DNA of 64,000 bases, taken from sequence record MK327935.1, one strand, 5' to 3'. Of the stretch, positions 1 through 9,488 are shown piece by piece (the first letter of the stretch is position 1; each line of letters starts with the position of its first letter). Made by a program: the position numbers and the translations under genes. The notes below the pieces were generated by a model that was not told the origin of the DNA, did not search any database, and saw nothing but the letters and a program-made list of their open reading frames with translations. Origin of the DNA: Escherichia phage vB_EcoM_G2494.

Positions 1-2109
1 TTAAAATTTAACATTCTTAACCAGTTTCATAAAGTCTTGTGCGCGTTTGTCGTTATGCAGAATACGATACCAGTTATCTACAATATCATACAGTAACGGG
101 CTATTCTCTTTAAACTTCGCACAAACTGCTTTAATTCGTTCGTTTGCTGCCGTGAATTTTTCATCACAGATCTTTTTAGTTTCTTCGTCCATAATCCAAC
201 GAGTACGAAGGAGTAACTTGGAAACCTCTTTATTATAATGACGACCGTACAGTCTGTCAATAAATTCTGGAACACAGCGTTCTAGTTCATCGTCATGAAA
301 CAACATAGTGATCACACCCAGATATTCGCCATACCCCAGATGATTGGTCTTAACCTTCTTAGCCAGACCAGCCAGCTTACCGCGAACAAATTCTAGCGCA
401 CATTCCAATTGTTCGTCAACGAGATATTTTTGTGTCTCATTACGGGTAATAATATACTTTGTTACCCCGAAGTAGTCAAGCGCCGTGTGTAATGTATTTT
501 CATTATAGATCGATTGACGGCTACGGCTTTCGAATGCATCACCCACTCGGAACATGTGCAAGCCTGATAACTCGCGAATCTCTGCCGCTTTCATGTGATG
601 GCTGGTTTTATGCCAACTGTCACCAATCTTTTCCATGATATACACGTTAGGCAGCTTGGGAGTAGCTTCACGTTGTGTACGCTCGGTCTTCTCCGGCTTA
701 ACTGCTTTAGCACGCAGATCATCGGCCTCTGATACCTTAATCACGGTCATTTCAGAATCATCATAATACTGTTTGATGTACTCGAAAGTCTCCATATGTT
801 TTTCGTTTTTCTGACGGAACACCAGTACCTTTTTATTGATGCCGTATTCCTGGACCATGCCGTTAAGAGTCAGTGCACGCAGTTTCGGTTTATCGGTATC
901 ATCAATAAGACACGTAATATCTTCTTTATGCATCCATACAAAATGCGTAATGTTGTATTGACTGCTAACGAAAGCAGGGCGCAATTTACTGATTGTGTGA
1001 CGAGTACGATACAGAGTATACACCTGACCTTCTACGTCATTAGGCGAATCTTTACCCGCATTAACAAACTTATTATAGATTGCTACCGGATCATCCCATT
1101 GTCCGATCTTGCCCATCTTGCTAATAATATTGCGTTGAGTCGATGAATACTCGCTCATAAATTGCGCAAGTTTACGTTCTGTTTTAATGTTGGCGATCTT
1201 TTCTTTAACCTTTTCCAACATCATTTCATTGATTTCTGCAATACGTTTTTCGATGTTCGCTTTAGTCTCAATTGACAAGTGAACTTCTTCACGCGATGGC
1301 ATCAGGTCCAGATCACCCAACTCAAAATTAATGTAAATGGTCTGGTGCTGGCGGTTTACAGCTTCTAACCATGTTCCGCGAACATATTCATACGGGATCG
1401 GATACTGGATCTTACCCATGATTGCATATACCACATAGGAATCGTTATCACGCCCATTACAAACATAATAATTATCAAAGCTAGGGAAATAATTAATTTC
1501 GATTGCATTGATATTAGGTTTGTGTTCCCCAAAATGACGCAGTACAAATTGTGCTTCTCGATGCCATGTCTGAATGTCTTTTTCTTTCACCGGAATAGTG
1601 ATTTTCAGACCATTGTCTTCATAGGTCGGTTCGTCGAAAATCTGCACCATTTTCGGCATAGAGTTTTGCACGAATGCAGTAAAACCATAAGCGCGACCAT
1701 TGTAATAGTTCACGATTGTAAAGGTGTCGGTGTAGCTATAAGCAGATTTCGCACCCAAACCAAAAGATCCGATATAATCATTAGTTTGGTCTTTTGTTGA
1801 TTCAAAGTAAACCGTAAACAGTTGTTCTAATTCTTTCTTAGACGGAATACCCGTACCATAATCACGCACAGAAAAATACGGTTCGATTGCAGTCGGTAAA
1901 TGAATATCAAACGGACGATCTAAGGTTCCGGCTTCTTTGTGAGTGTCGGTAGCATTGCATGAATACTCACGGACGCAAGCACGCTCACAATATTGATAAG
2001 TGTTCTTAGAAAGCACCATAAAAGCCTTGCTACTTGCTTTCAGTGAAAAATCAACCGCACCGCTCAGGTCACTGCCAAATACTTCTTCATTATCGATATG
2101 CATTTTCAT
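1..2109 (-). CDS. rIIA: rIIA protein (GHKL-type ATPase-like N-terminal domain)
   Basis: 702-aa ORF; N-terminal motifs RDYGTGIP and GSFGLGAKS typical of rIIA/GHKL fold; length and position next to gene 39 match T4 rIIA; stop codon at window positions 1-3, so complete. Confidence 0.8.
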   Translation of the reverse strand: MKMHIDNEEVFGSDLSGAVDFSLKASSKAFMVLSKNTYQYCERACVREYSCNATDTHKEAGTLDRPFDIHLPTAIEPYFSVRDYGTGIPSKKELEQLFTVYFESTKDQTNDYIGSFGLGAKSAYSYTDTFTIVNYYNGRAYGFTAFVQNSMPKMVQIFDEPTYEDNGLKITIPVKEKDIQTWHREAQFVLRHFGEHKPNINAIEINYFPSFDNYYVCNGRDNDSYVVYAIMGKIQYPIPYEYVRGTWLEAVNRQHQTIYINFELGDLDLMPSREEVHLSIETKANIEKRIAEINEMMLEKVKEKIANIKTERKLAQFMSEYSSTQRNIISKMGKIGQWDDPVAIYNKFVNAGKDSPNDVEGQVYTLYRTRHTISKLRPAFVSSQYNITHFVWMHKEDITCLIDDTDKPKLRALTLNGMVQEYGINKKVLVFRQKNEKHMETFEYIKQYYDDSEMTVIKVSEADDLRAKAVKPEKTERTQREATPKLPNVYIMEKIGDSWHKTSHHMKAAEIRELSGLHMFRVGDAFESRSRQSIYNENTLHTALDYFGVTKYIITRNETQKYLVDEQLECALEFVRGKLAGLAKKVKTNHLGYGEYLGVITMLFHDDELERCVPEFIDRLYGRHYNKEVSKLLLRTRWIMDEETKKICDEKFTAANERIKAVCAKFKENSPLLYDIVDNWYRILHNDKRAQDFMKLVKNVKF

Positions 2110-2123
2110 AATATAATCCTCAC

Positions 2124-2381
2124 TTAATTAAAATCTTCTTTGTCCATCTCTGCGTAGATTACATCCCACGCCCATAAATCAATAAACGCATTATATGTCA
2201 CGGTGCAATCGTTGTCAATCACTTCTTTCGCATATTTCTTGATGTTTTCGTAGGAAACTTGCGGGTCAATTTTGTGTTTACGAAGGTGCGCATATTCATA
2301 CCTCAGACATTTCATAAACAGGTCCATCGATTTCTTTTCTCGATGACACTTGGCGATCAGAAAATCAAAACTTCGACTCAT
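2124..2381 (-). CDS. hypothetical protein (rIIA.1 position)
   Basis: 85-aa ORF directly upstream of rIIA on same strand; no motif recognised. Confidence 0.45.
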   Translation of the reverse strand: MSRSFDFLIAKCHREKKSMDLFMKCLRYEYAHLRKHKIDPQVSYENIKKYAKEVIDNDCTVTYNAFIDLWAWDVIYAEMDKEDFN

Positions 2382-2391
2382 TTTCTACTCC

Positions 2392-2586
2392 TTATACATT
2401 TTCAATCACCCATTGCAGATGGGCTTCTGCGTCAACCAGTTCAGCGCGGCTTTTTTCTAAGCACTTGCTGTATTCTTTACGTTCCCAATCAGCTATTTCG
2501 TTTTTCAAGACTTCTTCATAGTAAGCAATTACGCCTTTCAGACCGGAAACTTTACGGCTTGCCAGTTCGATGTAATGGTTACGCAT
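2392..2586 (-). CDS. hypothetical protein
   Basis: 64-aa ORF, tightly packed in minus-strand gene string. Confidence 0.4.
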   Translation of the reverse strand: MRNHYIELASRKVSGLKGVIAYYEEVLKNEIADWERKEYSKCLEKSRAELVDAEAHLQWVIENV

Positions 2587-2836
2587 TTTGATTCTCCTTT
2601 GTTACTAGATAACGAATTTGGTCTTGCATTGCGATCAGTTCCCAGCGTGCTACTTTCATCATGGAAACTGACTCTTTGAACATAATATTAGCTTTTTCCT
2701 TCTCCCCTGTCAAGTATATTTCTGCAATTTTTTCACAAAATTTTTGAGTTTCTTCATTCTTAAACGGTTTCATATAAGTCAACCTTTTGTTTTCGATGGG
2801 GATATTATGATATATCCCCCTATCTGGTGTCAACAA
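2579..2836 (-). CDS. hypothetical protein
   Basis: 85-aa ORF overlapping neighbour by 8 nt. Confidence 0.4.
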   Translation of the reverse strand: MLTPDRGIYHNIPIENKRLTYMKPFKNEETQKFCEKIAEIYLTGEKEKANIMFKESVSMMKVARWELIAMQDQIRYLVTKENQNA

Positions 2837-2840
2837 CTTT

Positions 2841-3140
2841 TTAATCTTTTTTCAGTGCATCCATTACTCGCTCTGCGATCAGTTCTCGTAAGCACTGATA
2901 ACCATGATATTTGATGGCAATATCACGCAGATCATTAACCAGTTCCCGTACTTCATGGTCTTTCAAATCGTCTCTGTATTTCGATTTAACCGTGTCTTTA
3001 GGTGGATTGCGGATAACCTGAAAACCTTGTTCTGCAATCACTGCGGCTTCTCGCTGGCGTTCATGCTGTACTGTATTTTTGATCAGGTCTACTTCCATGA
3101 ACTTTGCCATACTCATCATCATGTTATTCTTTTTGCTCAT
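2841..3140 (-). CDS. hypothetical protein
   Basis: Listed ORF 2841..3221 trimmed to in-frame ATG (MSKKNN...) preceded by GAGGA; upstream part overlaps the gene-39 terminator. Confidence 0.45.
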   Translation of the reverse strand: MSKKNNMMMSMAKFMEVDLIKNTVQHERQREAAVIAEQGFQVIRNPPKDTVKSKYRDDLKDHEVRELVNDLRDIAIKYHGYQCLRELIAERVMDALKKD

Positions 3141-3152
3141 TATTAAATCCTC

Positions 3153-3192
3153 ATAAAAGAAAAGGGAGACTCCCATTATAGAGAATCTCCCT
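3153..3192 (-). terminator. intrinsic terminator downstream of gene 39
   Basis: Inverted repeat GGGAGA...TCTCCC followed on minus strand by T-run; coordinates approximate. Confidence 0.45.
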
Positions 3193-3205
3193 TGTATGTC
3201 AAGTG

Positions 3206-5029
3206 TTATGATTGCATCCAAATTTTGCGCTGATCTGCATCTTCACTATAGAGCAAATCGAATAGCTCTTTATAGTTTTCCGGTAACGTGATGATCTCCA
3301 TTACAGGATCGTTGATCACGCGATGATAATCTGATTCTGTAAGTGATGCTAACCCTTTGATATATCGAATGTTATAACCTTTGATATTATCTCTGTCGTT
3401 CTCGAAATCTTCTAGGTCATAATACCATCGAACATCATCACCTTTCTTTGGTTCCGCAATGATAATAGGTGTTTTGATAAACCGGATTCGTCCATCTTCG
3501 AACAGTTCAGGCCAACGTGCAAAGAAAGAGATCAGACTAGGTTTAATAGACCCGATGCCGTCAGTATCAGCGTCAGTCATAATCGCAATATTTTTGTATT
3601 GCATAACTTCCAGTGCATCAACACCAAATTGCAAGCCAGTGATCGCCATGATGTTAAAAATTTCGGCGTTCTTAACGATCTTTGCCTCCGGTTGTTCCCA
3701 CGTTGTAAGAGTTTTGCCTCGCAACGGGAAACCTCCATGTAAATCTTGATCACGTACAGAGATCAGATAGTTGATCGCGGAATCACCTTCCGTCAAAAAC
3801 AGGGTAGTTTCTGCGTCAGTTCCAATAAGGTTAGCTTTAACGTGTTTTGCTACCTTAGCCCGTTTCGCTGCCTTTGCTGCCTTAGTCGCTGCCGCTTTAT
3901 CTGCTGCCTCTTTGCGTGCTAGGACTACAGCAATAATAGGCATGATAATGTTTTCTTTCTTCGCAATGACTTTAGCCAGTTTTTTAAAATCAAGATCAAT
4001 ATGACGCTTGATATCACCAGTTGGATTAGTCAATCGTTCTTTTGTCTGTGAATCAAAGCGCAAGTTAGGCAATTCACGAACAATCAAAATACAGGTCAAT
4101 CCAGACTTAACCGCAGCTTTAGTAACATCAACCTTATAGTCTTTCTTGATTCGTTTTACAATCTCTTCACAAAGATCATCTGTCACGTAGTCTACGTGTG
4201 TTCCCCCGTTTTTGGTAAACAGACCATTAGCAAAGGATACTGATTTAAAACCTTCTCCCTCGACCGCAGGAACTATGGCAAGTGAAAAGTTTTTATCTTC
4301 AATGACAAACGGATCATCATTGTATAGTTTAGCATAATCCTTGAACTTACTAACAATACGTTTACCATTAAACTTAAACGTGATCTTAGGAAAGATTACG
4401 CTCAATGATTGCAGACGATCATGAACAATATCTAAAACAGAGTTGTCCATCATATAACCTTCGAAGTGGTCGAAGTCTGGGCAAAATGTAACCTTTGTTC
4501 CCTTCAATTTTGATGGTTTTGATGACCATGTGATATTTTCAGCACCATTTGTGCATTGAACGGTCATTTCTGTTTCACCGTCACAAGTTACACCAGTAAA
4601 CCAATCGCTAAAGAAATTTGACAACGACGACCCCACACCGTTCATCCCTTGCGTTAATCGATTGGTATCATCAAAGTTAGACCCTGCTTTTGTTCGTGTC
4701 CATGCGGCTACAGGTTGCGGAATCTGCGTACCCTCTGGAGTAGTAACCATATGTTGAGGAATACCGCGACCATTGTCTGTTACCGTAACAATATTGTTTT
4801 GGATATCGACGCTAATCACATTGGCAAATTCAAAATTAGTGCGGATCGCCTCGTCTACAGAGTTGTCGATGATCTCATCAATGATTTTAACCAGCCCAGG
4901 AACATATGAAATTTTTGTCCATTTACCGAACAGGAAACGTTGATGTTCTTCGTAAGTTGTTGATCCTATATACATTCCTGCACGCTTAAGGACATGTTCA
5001 CGATCAGATAAAATGCGAAACTCACTCAT
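3206..5029 (-). CDS. 39: DNA topoisomerase II large (ATPase, GyrB-like) subunit, fused gp39+gp60 form
   Basis: 607 aa; GHKL ATPase motifs (DNGRGIP), TOPRIM-like region; single uninterrupted ORF (no gene-60 bypass/split). Confidence 0.9.
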   Translation of the reverse strand: MSEFRILSDREHVLKRAGMYIGSTTYEEHQRFLFGKWTKISYVPGLVKIIDEIIDNSVDEAIRTNFEFANVISVDIQNNIVTVTDNGRGIPQHMVTTPEGTQIPQPVAAWTRTKAGSNFDDTNRLTQGMNGVGSSLSNFFSDWFTGVTCDGETEMTVQCTNGAENITWSSKPSKLKGTKVTFCPDFDHFEGYMMDNSVLDIVHDRLQSLSVIFPKITFKFNGKRIVSKFKDYAKLYNDDPFVIEDKNFSLAIVPAVEGEGFKSVSFANGLFTKNGGTHVDYVTDDLCEEIVKRIKKDYKVDVTKAAVKSGLTCILIVRELPNLRFDSQTKERLTNPTGDIKRHIDLDFKKLAKVIAKKENIIMPIIAVVLARKEAADKAAATKAAKAAKRAKVAKHVKANLIGTDAETTLFLTEGDSAINYLISVRDQDLHGGFPLRGKTLTTWEQPEAKIVKNAEIFNIMAITGLQFGVDALEVMQYKNIAIMTDADTDGIGSIKPSLISFFARWPELFEDGRIRFIKTPIIIAEPKKGDDVRWYYDLEDFENDRDNIKGYNIRYIKGLASLTESDYHRVINDPVMEIITLPENYKELFDLLYSEDADQRKIWMQS

Positions 5030-5128
5030 TATTAAACCTCTTCATAACATAACCATAACTTACTGCAACCGCCACAAAGACGGCTGCAACAATCATATTA
5101 AAAATTGAGTGATTGTCAAGTATATGAC

Positions 5129-5302
5129 TCATGACACGCGCACATTTTTATCGTAATACCCGCCATTAATCCCGCGCGGGGCAGTCAATCCCTGTTTGCA
5201 TTCTTTACCGCATTCAGGGCATTCTGCCTTTTCACGCTCGGAAATTTTGCGGATTTTCTGAAATTGACCGTGTTCTTCACAAGAATAATCGTATAATGGC
5301 AT
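5129..5302 (-). CDS. FmdB-like zinc-ribbon protein
   Basis: Trimmed to MPLYDYSCEEHG... with AAGGGGA SD; CxxHG...CPECG zinc ribbon pattern. Confidence 0.5.
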   Translation of the reverse strand: MPLYDYSCEEHGQFQKIRKISEREKAECPECGKECKQGLTAPRGINGGYYDKNVRVS

Positions 5303-5303
5303 A

Positions 5304-5972
5304 TTATCCCCTTTGTTTCTTAACTGAATTTGGATCTGGATTTTCTGGTAGGTCTTCCAGACCCATAGCATAACGTTGTGCATAGATTAGCATAAGAATA
5401 TCGCGAGCGCAATCATGAATTGCATCATGTGCGATAAAACCATCTAGCGTACCCATTGGTAACGGACACTCACACATCCCGCGATGCATCAATGTACGCT
5501 CAATGGCGGTGCGAACATCTCGGATGTTCCAGAATCGCACAGGTTCAAGATTGAACGTCTCTCGTGTATTGTGTGCATCGCGGATCATATCAACTAGTAA
5601 CGGAATATCAAACGCATTACCGCGTGACCACATTACGGATTTAACCGGATCTACTCCTACAGATTCACAGAATGCGTTAAAACGCGCTAAACCTTCTTTA
5701 GTTGATACTTCCGTACCATTTGTGATTAATTGCTTTCTCATGCCTTCTGAGGCGGTATTCTTCCACCATTCAACCACACCATGATCAAAGATCCTTACAC
5801 CTTTCTGGGAAGGAATATCAAATTTTACCAGAAAGGAATTGTCAACCAGTTCTTTAAATGTAGGTGGATTGTGCGGATCTTCTTTAAATCCGATTGCCGC
5901 CATATTGATCACCGCCCCATCAGGCGGATAACCTAAACTTTCAAAGTCAATCATTAAATCCACTGGAAGCAT
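5304..5972 (-). CDS. dexA: exonuclease A (DnaQ-like 3'-5' exonuclease)
   Basis: 222 aa; DFESLG Exo I motif and overall pattern of T4 DexA; position between gene 39 and dda. Confidence 0.8.
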   Translation of the reverse strand: MLPVDLMIDFESLGYPPDGAVINMAAIGFKEDPHNPPTFKELVDNSFLVKFDIPSQKGVRIFDHGVVEWWKNTASEGMRKQLITNGTEVSTKEGLARFNAFCESVGVDPVKSVMWSRGNAFDIPLLVDMIRDAHNTRETFNLEPVRFWNIRDVRTAIERTLMHRGMCECPLPMGTLDGFIAHDAIHDCARDILMLIYAQRYAMGLEDLPENPDPNSVKKQRG

Positions 5973-5973
5973 T

Positions 5974-6213
5974 TTAAATATCCTCCGCGATGTGTCGGAA
6001 CAACTCCAGATCGTTTTTATCTAACACTAGATTGCATTTGGTTGACCGATAATTGCAAACATTAATCAGTAAACTTTCCATCGCCTGTACCGACTGTACT
6101 TTATGTCGAAAAGACATTACATGTTGTGCATAATCAGCGTGAATTTTATCACGATGGAATGTTACGATGGCATCTAAACATAACAGTTTATCAAGTTCAT
6201 CAATAATCATCAT
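5974..6213 (-). CDS. hypothetical protein
   Basis: 79-aa ORF abutting dexA. Confidence 0.4.
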   Translation of the reverse strand: MMIIDELDKLLCLDAIVTFHRDKIHADYAQHVMSFRHKVQSVQAMESLLINVCNYRSTKCNLVLDKNDLELFRHIAEDI

Positions 6214-6214
6214 A

Positions 6215-6397
6215 TCAGTAACCCCGCTTAGTGAAGTGATCTATCATGGAATTAATACAATCGGCCTCGCTGATTCCAGATATACCCCATCCGTAGTTAC
6301 CCCACCTGAAATGCATGTATACACATTCGCCATGATACGATACTTTCACTTCGTCAAATTCTGGGATACTTCGCATAATCATAATAATATTCCTCAA
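6215..6397 (-). CDS. hypothetical protein
   Basis: 60-aa ORF between dda and dexA. Confidence 0.35.
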   Translation of the reverse strand: MRNIIMIMRSIPEFDEVKVSYHGECVYMHFRWGNYGWGISGISEADCINSMIDHFTKRGY

Positions 6398-7785
6398 ATA
6401 TAGTCTACACGATACCGTGCACGGGTAACACCCACATATAATAACTGCATTGCCAATTCAAAGTCAACATTATCTGTACACATGCAAGGGGTATACAGGA
6501 ACACGCGGTCTACGCTGATTCCTTGTGACTTATGAATAGTGCAAGCTGGTAATGCTTTTACATTCAAGAACATACGCTTCATCGTCCAGAAAGAATCCCA
6601 ATCCGGTTTAAAATTCGGATTCTCTTTCTTCATTTCGCGATATTGTCCGGCGACCGTATTCAGATAGATAGAGAAAATGTTCTTCTGACGTTGTTCTGTC
6701 AGAATGTTGATTTCTACTAAATCTGGTTTATCTGTAGTTATTCCGACTGCATCTAAACCGACTTTCTGATTTAGGATTTCTTTGTCTTCGTCATCATCGA
6801 CGCTTTCCACTTTCAGAGTATATCCTAAAACTGGTTGCGGATCTACCCCCGTGCAACGTAATGTAAATTCGCGCGGTATAACCTCTTTAACTCGGATCAT
6901 CTCACCATTGTTAAAAATAACATTGGGGATCTTCTTCCCGCGTTCATCTCGCAGATATTCGATCAATGGTTCCTGAGTAACCAGAATTTCATCTACAATC
7001 ACTGGTTCATCGGTGTTATAAACGCGCTTACGTACAATTTCATTGAGTTTTTCGACGCTCTTGTTAGTGTAGGCCAGAATACGGTTTTCTAGAAGGTCTT
7101 CCGGCGTTTTAACGGTTTCGAGATAATGTTTCATGAACTCTGGTAGAGTTGAGCTATGGAATACACCCTCGTTACCGCACTGCTTTTCGAATACCCATTT
7201 ACCGTTACGGACAGCGGTCGCCACATCAATTATTGGCGCATTAGATCGTTTAATCTCTGTAAGTTCTACATTCTGAAACCTTTCATCGGTGAAGAAAGGA
7301 GAGATCGACGTTGCGCCGCTCGGATCAACTGGTCGTAACTGGTACAGATCACCCACGGCAATAATAACAATTCGACCGTTGATACTCTTCATAAGAATAT
7401 CAAATAGTTTCTTATCGACCATACTCGCTTCATCAACAATGATGATCTGAACATCATCTAGCTTAGGAGTATCTTTTTGCTCAAATACTTGAGTATCTTC
7501 ATAGTTGGTCGGGTTTAGTCGCAGTAGTGCATGTAAAGTAAATGCTTGACGACCTACCGCTTTACTCAAAACTTTTTTAGCCTGGTGGGTAGGCGTTGCC
7601 AAAACCACACCAGTTACACCACGGCGGACCATTTCCTGAACAATGAATTTCATCATTGCGGTTTTACCAGTACCCGCCGCACCACGGACAGTTGTATGCT
7701 TCTTTTGTTCAATGCGTTTCATTAGAACATCAAAAGCATGTTTTTGCCCGTCTGTTAACATATCGAAAGTTAATACTCTGCTCAT
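6394..7785 (-). CDS. dda: Dda DNA helicase (SF1B)
   Basis: 463 aa; strong N-terminal similarity to T4 Dda (LTDGQKHAF, GAAGTGKT Walker A, IIVDEASM Walker B). Confidence 0.9.
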   Translation of the reverse strand: MSRVLTFDMLTDGQKHAFDVLMKRIEQKKHTTVRGAAGTGKTAMMKFIVQEMVRRGVTGVVLATPTHQAKKVLSKAVGRQAFTLHALLRLNPTNYEDTQVFEQKDTPKLDDVQIIIVDEASMVDKKLFDILMKSINGRIVIIAVGDLYQLRPVDPSGATSISPFFTDERFQNVELTEIKRSNAPIIDVATAVRNGKWVFEKQCGNEGVFHSSTLPEFMKHYLETVKTPEDLLENRILAYTNKSVEKLNEIVRKRVYNTDEPVIVDEILVTQEPLIEYLRDERGKKIPNVIFNNGEMIRVKEVIPREFTLRCTGVDPQPVLGYTLKVESVDDDEDKEILNQKVGLDAVGITTDKPDLVEINILTEQRQKNIFSIYLNTVAGQYREMKKENPNFKPDWDSFWTMKRMFLNVKALPACTIHKSQGISVDRVFLYTPCMCTDNVDFELAMQLLYVGVTRARYRVDYI

Positions 7786-8099
7786 TATCCTAAAATCCTC
7801 ACCTTGCGAACACAGATAGTATTGAGTTCTCGCCGTACCCGTTCTTTTTCATATTCAGGAATTTTATATTCGATACCATCCCGAACAATTTCAGAAGACC
7901 GGATTATGCCAAATTTTCGTTTAGGTACAACCTTGTATTTCGGTTCACCCGCCAATAGACTCTCACAATAATCTATCTGATCACACATTGACGCTAACGC
8001 AGCATCATGTGTTTCGCAAGTTAGGACGCGACCTTTCGCGTCCACTGAGTATTGAAAGAATCCGTCTTTATCACGATAACATACAGCAAATACATGCAT
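7785..8099 (-). CDS. hypothetical protein (dda.1 position)
   Basis: 104-aa ORF, start overlaps upstream stop. Confidence 0.45.
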   Translation of the reverse strand: MHVFAVCYRDKDGFFQYSVDAKGRVLTCETHDAALASMCDQIDYCESLLAGEPKYKVVPKRKFGIIRSSEIVRDGIEYKIPEYEKERVRRELNTICVRKVRILG

Positions 8100-8854
8100 T
8101 ATAAACCTACCTTCGCTTTCATCAATTCAATCCACGACGCATCAATCGGAAGCCCGTATTTCACGCGTTCTTTTTGTGCTGGCGTTAAGTTCTCATACTT
8201 AGAAAGAGATTCAATCAAAACGCTGGTATATTTTAGCACGATTTCGGTATTGTTTGCAATAGCCTTAAGTTTTTCCTCTTTCTTGTTGATTTCGCTAAGT
8301 GCTTGCTTGAGATCTGCAATTTTCTGATAACGTTCTTCCATACGGAAGAGAGTATTTTTAATCGCTCGCTCGGCTGCCTCTGCTTTCTCCGGTTCGTTGT
8401 GCTTTTTGTGGCGCTCGATTGCTAATTTCTTTTCTTCGATTGCCATTTCCTGATTTTTGATGCGATTCTCGTTAAGTTCGATCCACTCGATGTACTTCGC
8501 ACGTAGGGCAATTTCATCATCAGAAAGTTTACCTTTAGTTCCCAGTTCCTGGATCTCTTTAAGAGATTCGATAGTGTGATTGCCACGGAAAGAATTGTAT
8601 TTCAGTTTAACCGGAATTACATTGCCATCAACATATCCCAGATTGCAATCAATGCGCTCTAAGGAGAGTCCGTCATCACCTTCACCGAAAGCCTCACCTG
8701 AATAGGCACAATGAGTCTGACGGTAAATGTTACGAACAGTGACTAAGCTCATAGAGAAGTCTTTGTTGCGACGTGAAGCACCAGCCATGATAGAGTTCAG
8801 CCGGAAAACAACCAGCGCCAATTCTTCGTTAGATTTAAAAGCAAACAGTTTCAT
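8099..8854 (-). CDS. hypothetical coiled-coil protein (srd position)
   Basis: 251 aa, charged helical C-terminal half; lies where T4 carries srd but sequence identity not verified. Confidence 0.45.
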   Translation of the reverse strand: MKLFAFKSNEELALVVFRLNSIMAGASRRNKDFSMSLVTVRNIYRQTHCAYSGEAFGEGDDGLSLERIDCNLGYVDGNVIPVKLKYNSFRGNHTIESLKEIQELGTKGKLSDDEIALRAKYIEWIELNENRIKNQEMAIEEKKLAIERHKKHNEPEKAEAAERAIKNTLFRMEERYQKIADLKQALSEINKKEEKLKAIANNTEIVLKYTSVLIESLSKYENLTPAQKERVKYGLPIDASWIELMKAKVGL

Positions 8855-8879
8855 AATTGATTCTCCTTAGTTGGTATGT

Positions 8880-8910
8880 GTGTATTATTGTCTATCTGGT
8901 TTGTGCTGTC
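8880..8910 (-). promoter_or_regulatory. sigma70-type early promoter
   Basis: minus-strand TTGACA - 17 nt - AATAAT upstream of ORF 8099..8854; approximate. Confidence 0.4.
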
Positions 8911-8915
8911 AACAC

Positions 8916-9419
8916 TTAAATTAAAGAAAATTTGTAAATCTCTATCAGATCGCCGTTACACGCGTAAACTTCCTCGATCTCATCAAGGATCATGGTCGTT
9001 CCTATCTTGTATATGCACTCGCGCTCATCTGCCAACATAGCATACAAAGACAGTCGAGTAGTCGGATTGTCATACTCTTTAGACACCACTCGGTCAATAG
9101 CATGTTCGTAATAATTCATGCAAGGCTTGGTAGGTTTTATTGCAATAATCTTTCCTGTTGCATAAACATCGGTTGCAAAGTCCTCTGCTGTTGATTGTAG
9201 TGGCGTAAAGCTCATAGGACGCTCTACAACGAAAGAATCGCCTACAATTAAGGTATCCAGCTTACGACCTTCTCTTTTGCTCACACCGCGATACAAGGCT
9301 TCATGATGCACTAACCGCTCAGTCTTTTCAATCAATCCATTAAGGATCGACATATCGATATTTTCTTTAGAGTTCATCACCTCATCAATGATGTTAAGTT
9401 CTTCTGGTGTAAATTGCAT
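8916..9419 (-). CDS. putative ADP-ribosyltransferase (ModA/ModB-like)
   Basis: 167 aa; candidate R-S-E triad (LYRG, QST, ERE/EIEE) and position after dda/srd as for T4 modA/modB; product call tentative. Confidence 0.4.
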   Translation of the reverse strand: MQFTPEELNIIDEVMNSKENIDMSILNGLIEKTERLVHHEALYRGVSKREGRKLDTLIVGDSFVVERPMSFTPLQSTAEDFATDVYATGKIIAIKPTKPCMNYYEHAIDRVVSKEYDNPTTRLSLYAMLADERECIYKIGTTMILDEIEEVYACNGDLIEIYKFSLI

Positions 9420-9421
9420 AA

Positions 9422-9452
9422 TAAAAAAGCCTCCAATCTTTCGACGGGAGGC
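9422..9452 (-). terminator. intrinsic terminator after gene 56
   Basis: GCCTCC...GGAGGC stem followed by TTTTTT on minus strand; the 3' arm also supplies the SD of the next gene. Confidence 0.5.
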
Positions 9453-9488
9453 ATAATAAAACCATTATAGAGTAGTGTCAACTAATTT

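Noticed and set aside
796-1146. Plus-strand ORFs of 60-170 aa inside minus-strand genes (e.g. 796..1146, 2259..2591, 28522..29034, 37974..38363, 60151..60513)
   Set aside because: They lie antisense to well-supported genes, lack Shine-Dalgarno sequences and have skewed low-complexity composition; treated as chance antisense ORFs. Only 63207..63461 on the plus strand has independent support.
1-2109. First ORF as topoisomerase II subunit gp52 or a second GyrB-like ATPase
   Set aside because: Beyond the GHKL-like N-terminus the protein matches rIIA in length and conserved blocks and lacks TOPRIM or GyrA-type domains; its position next to gene 39 fits rIIA.
8099-8854. Confident call of ORF 8099..8854 as Srd
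   Set aside because: Only position supports it; I could not verify sequence similarity from memory, so it is listed as a hypothetical coiled-coil protein.
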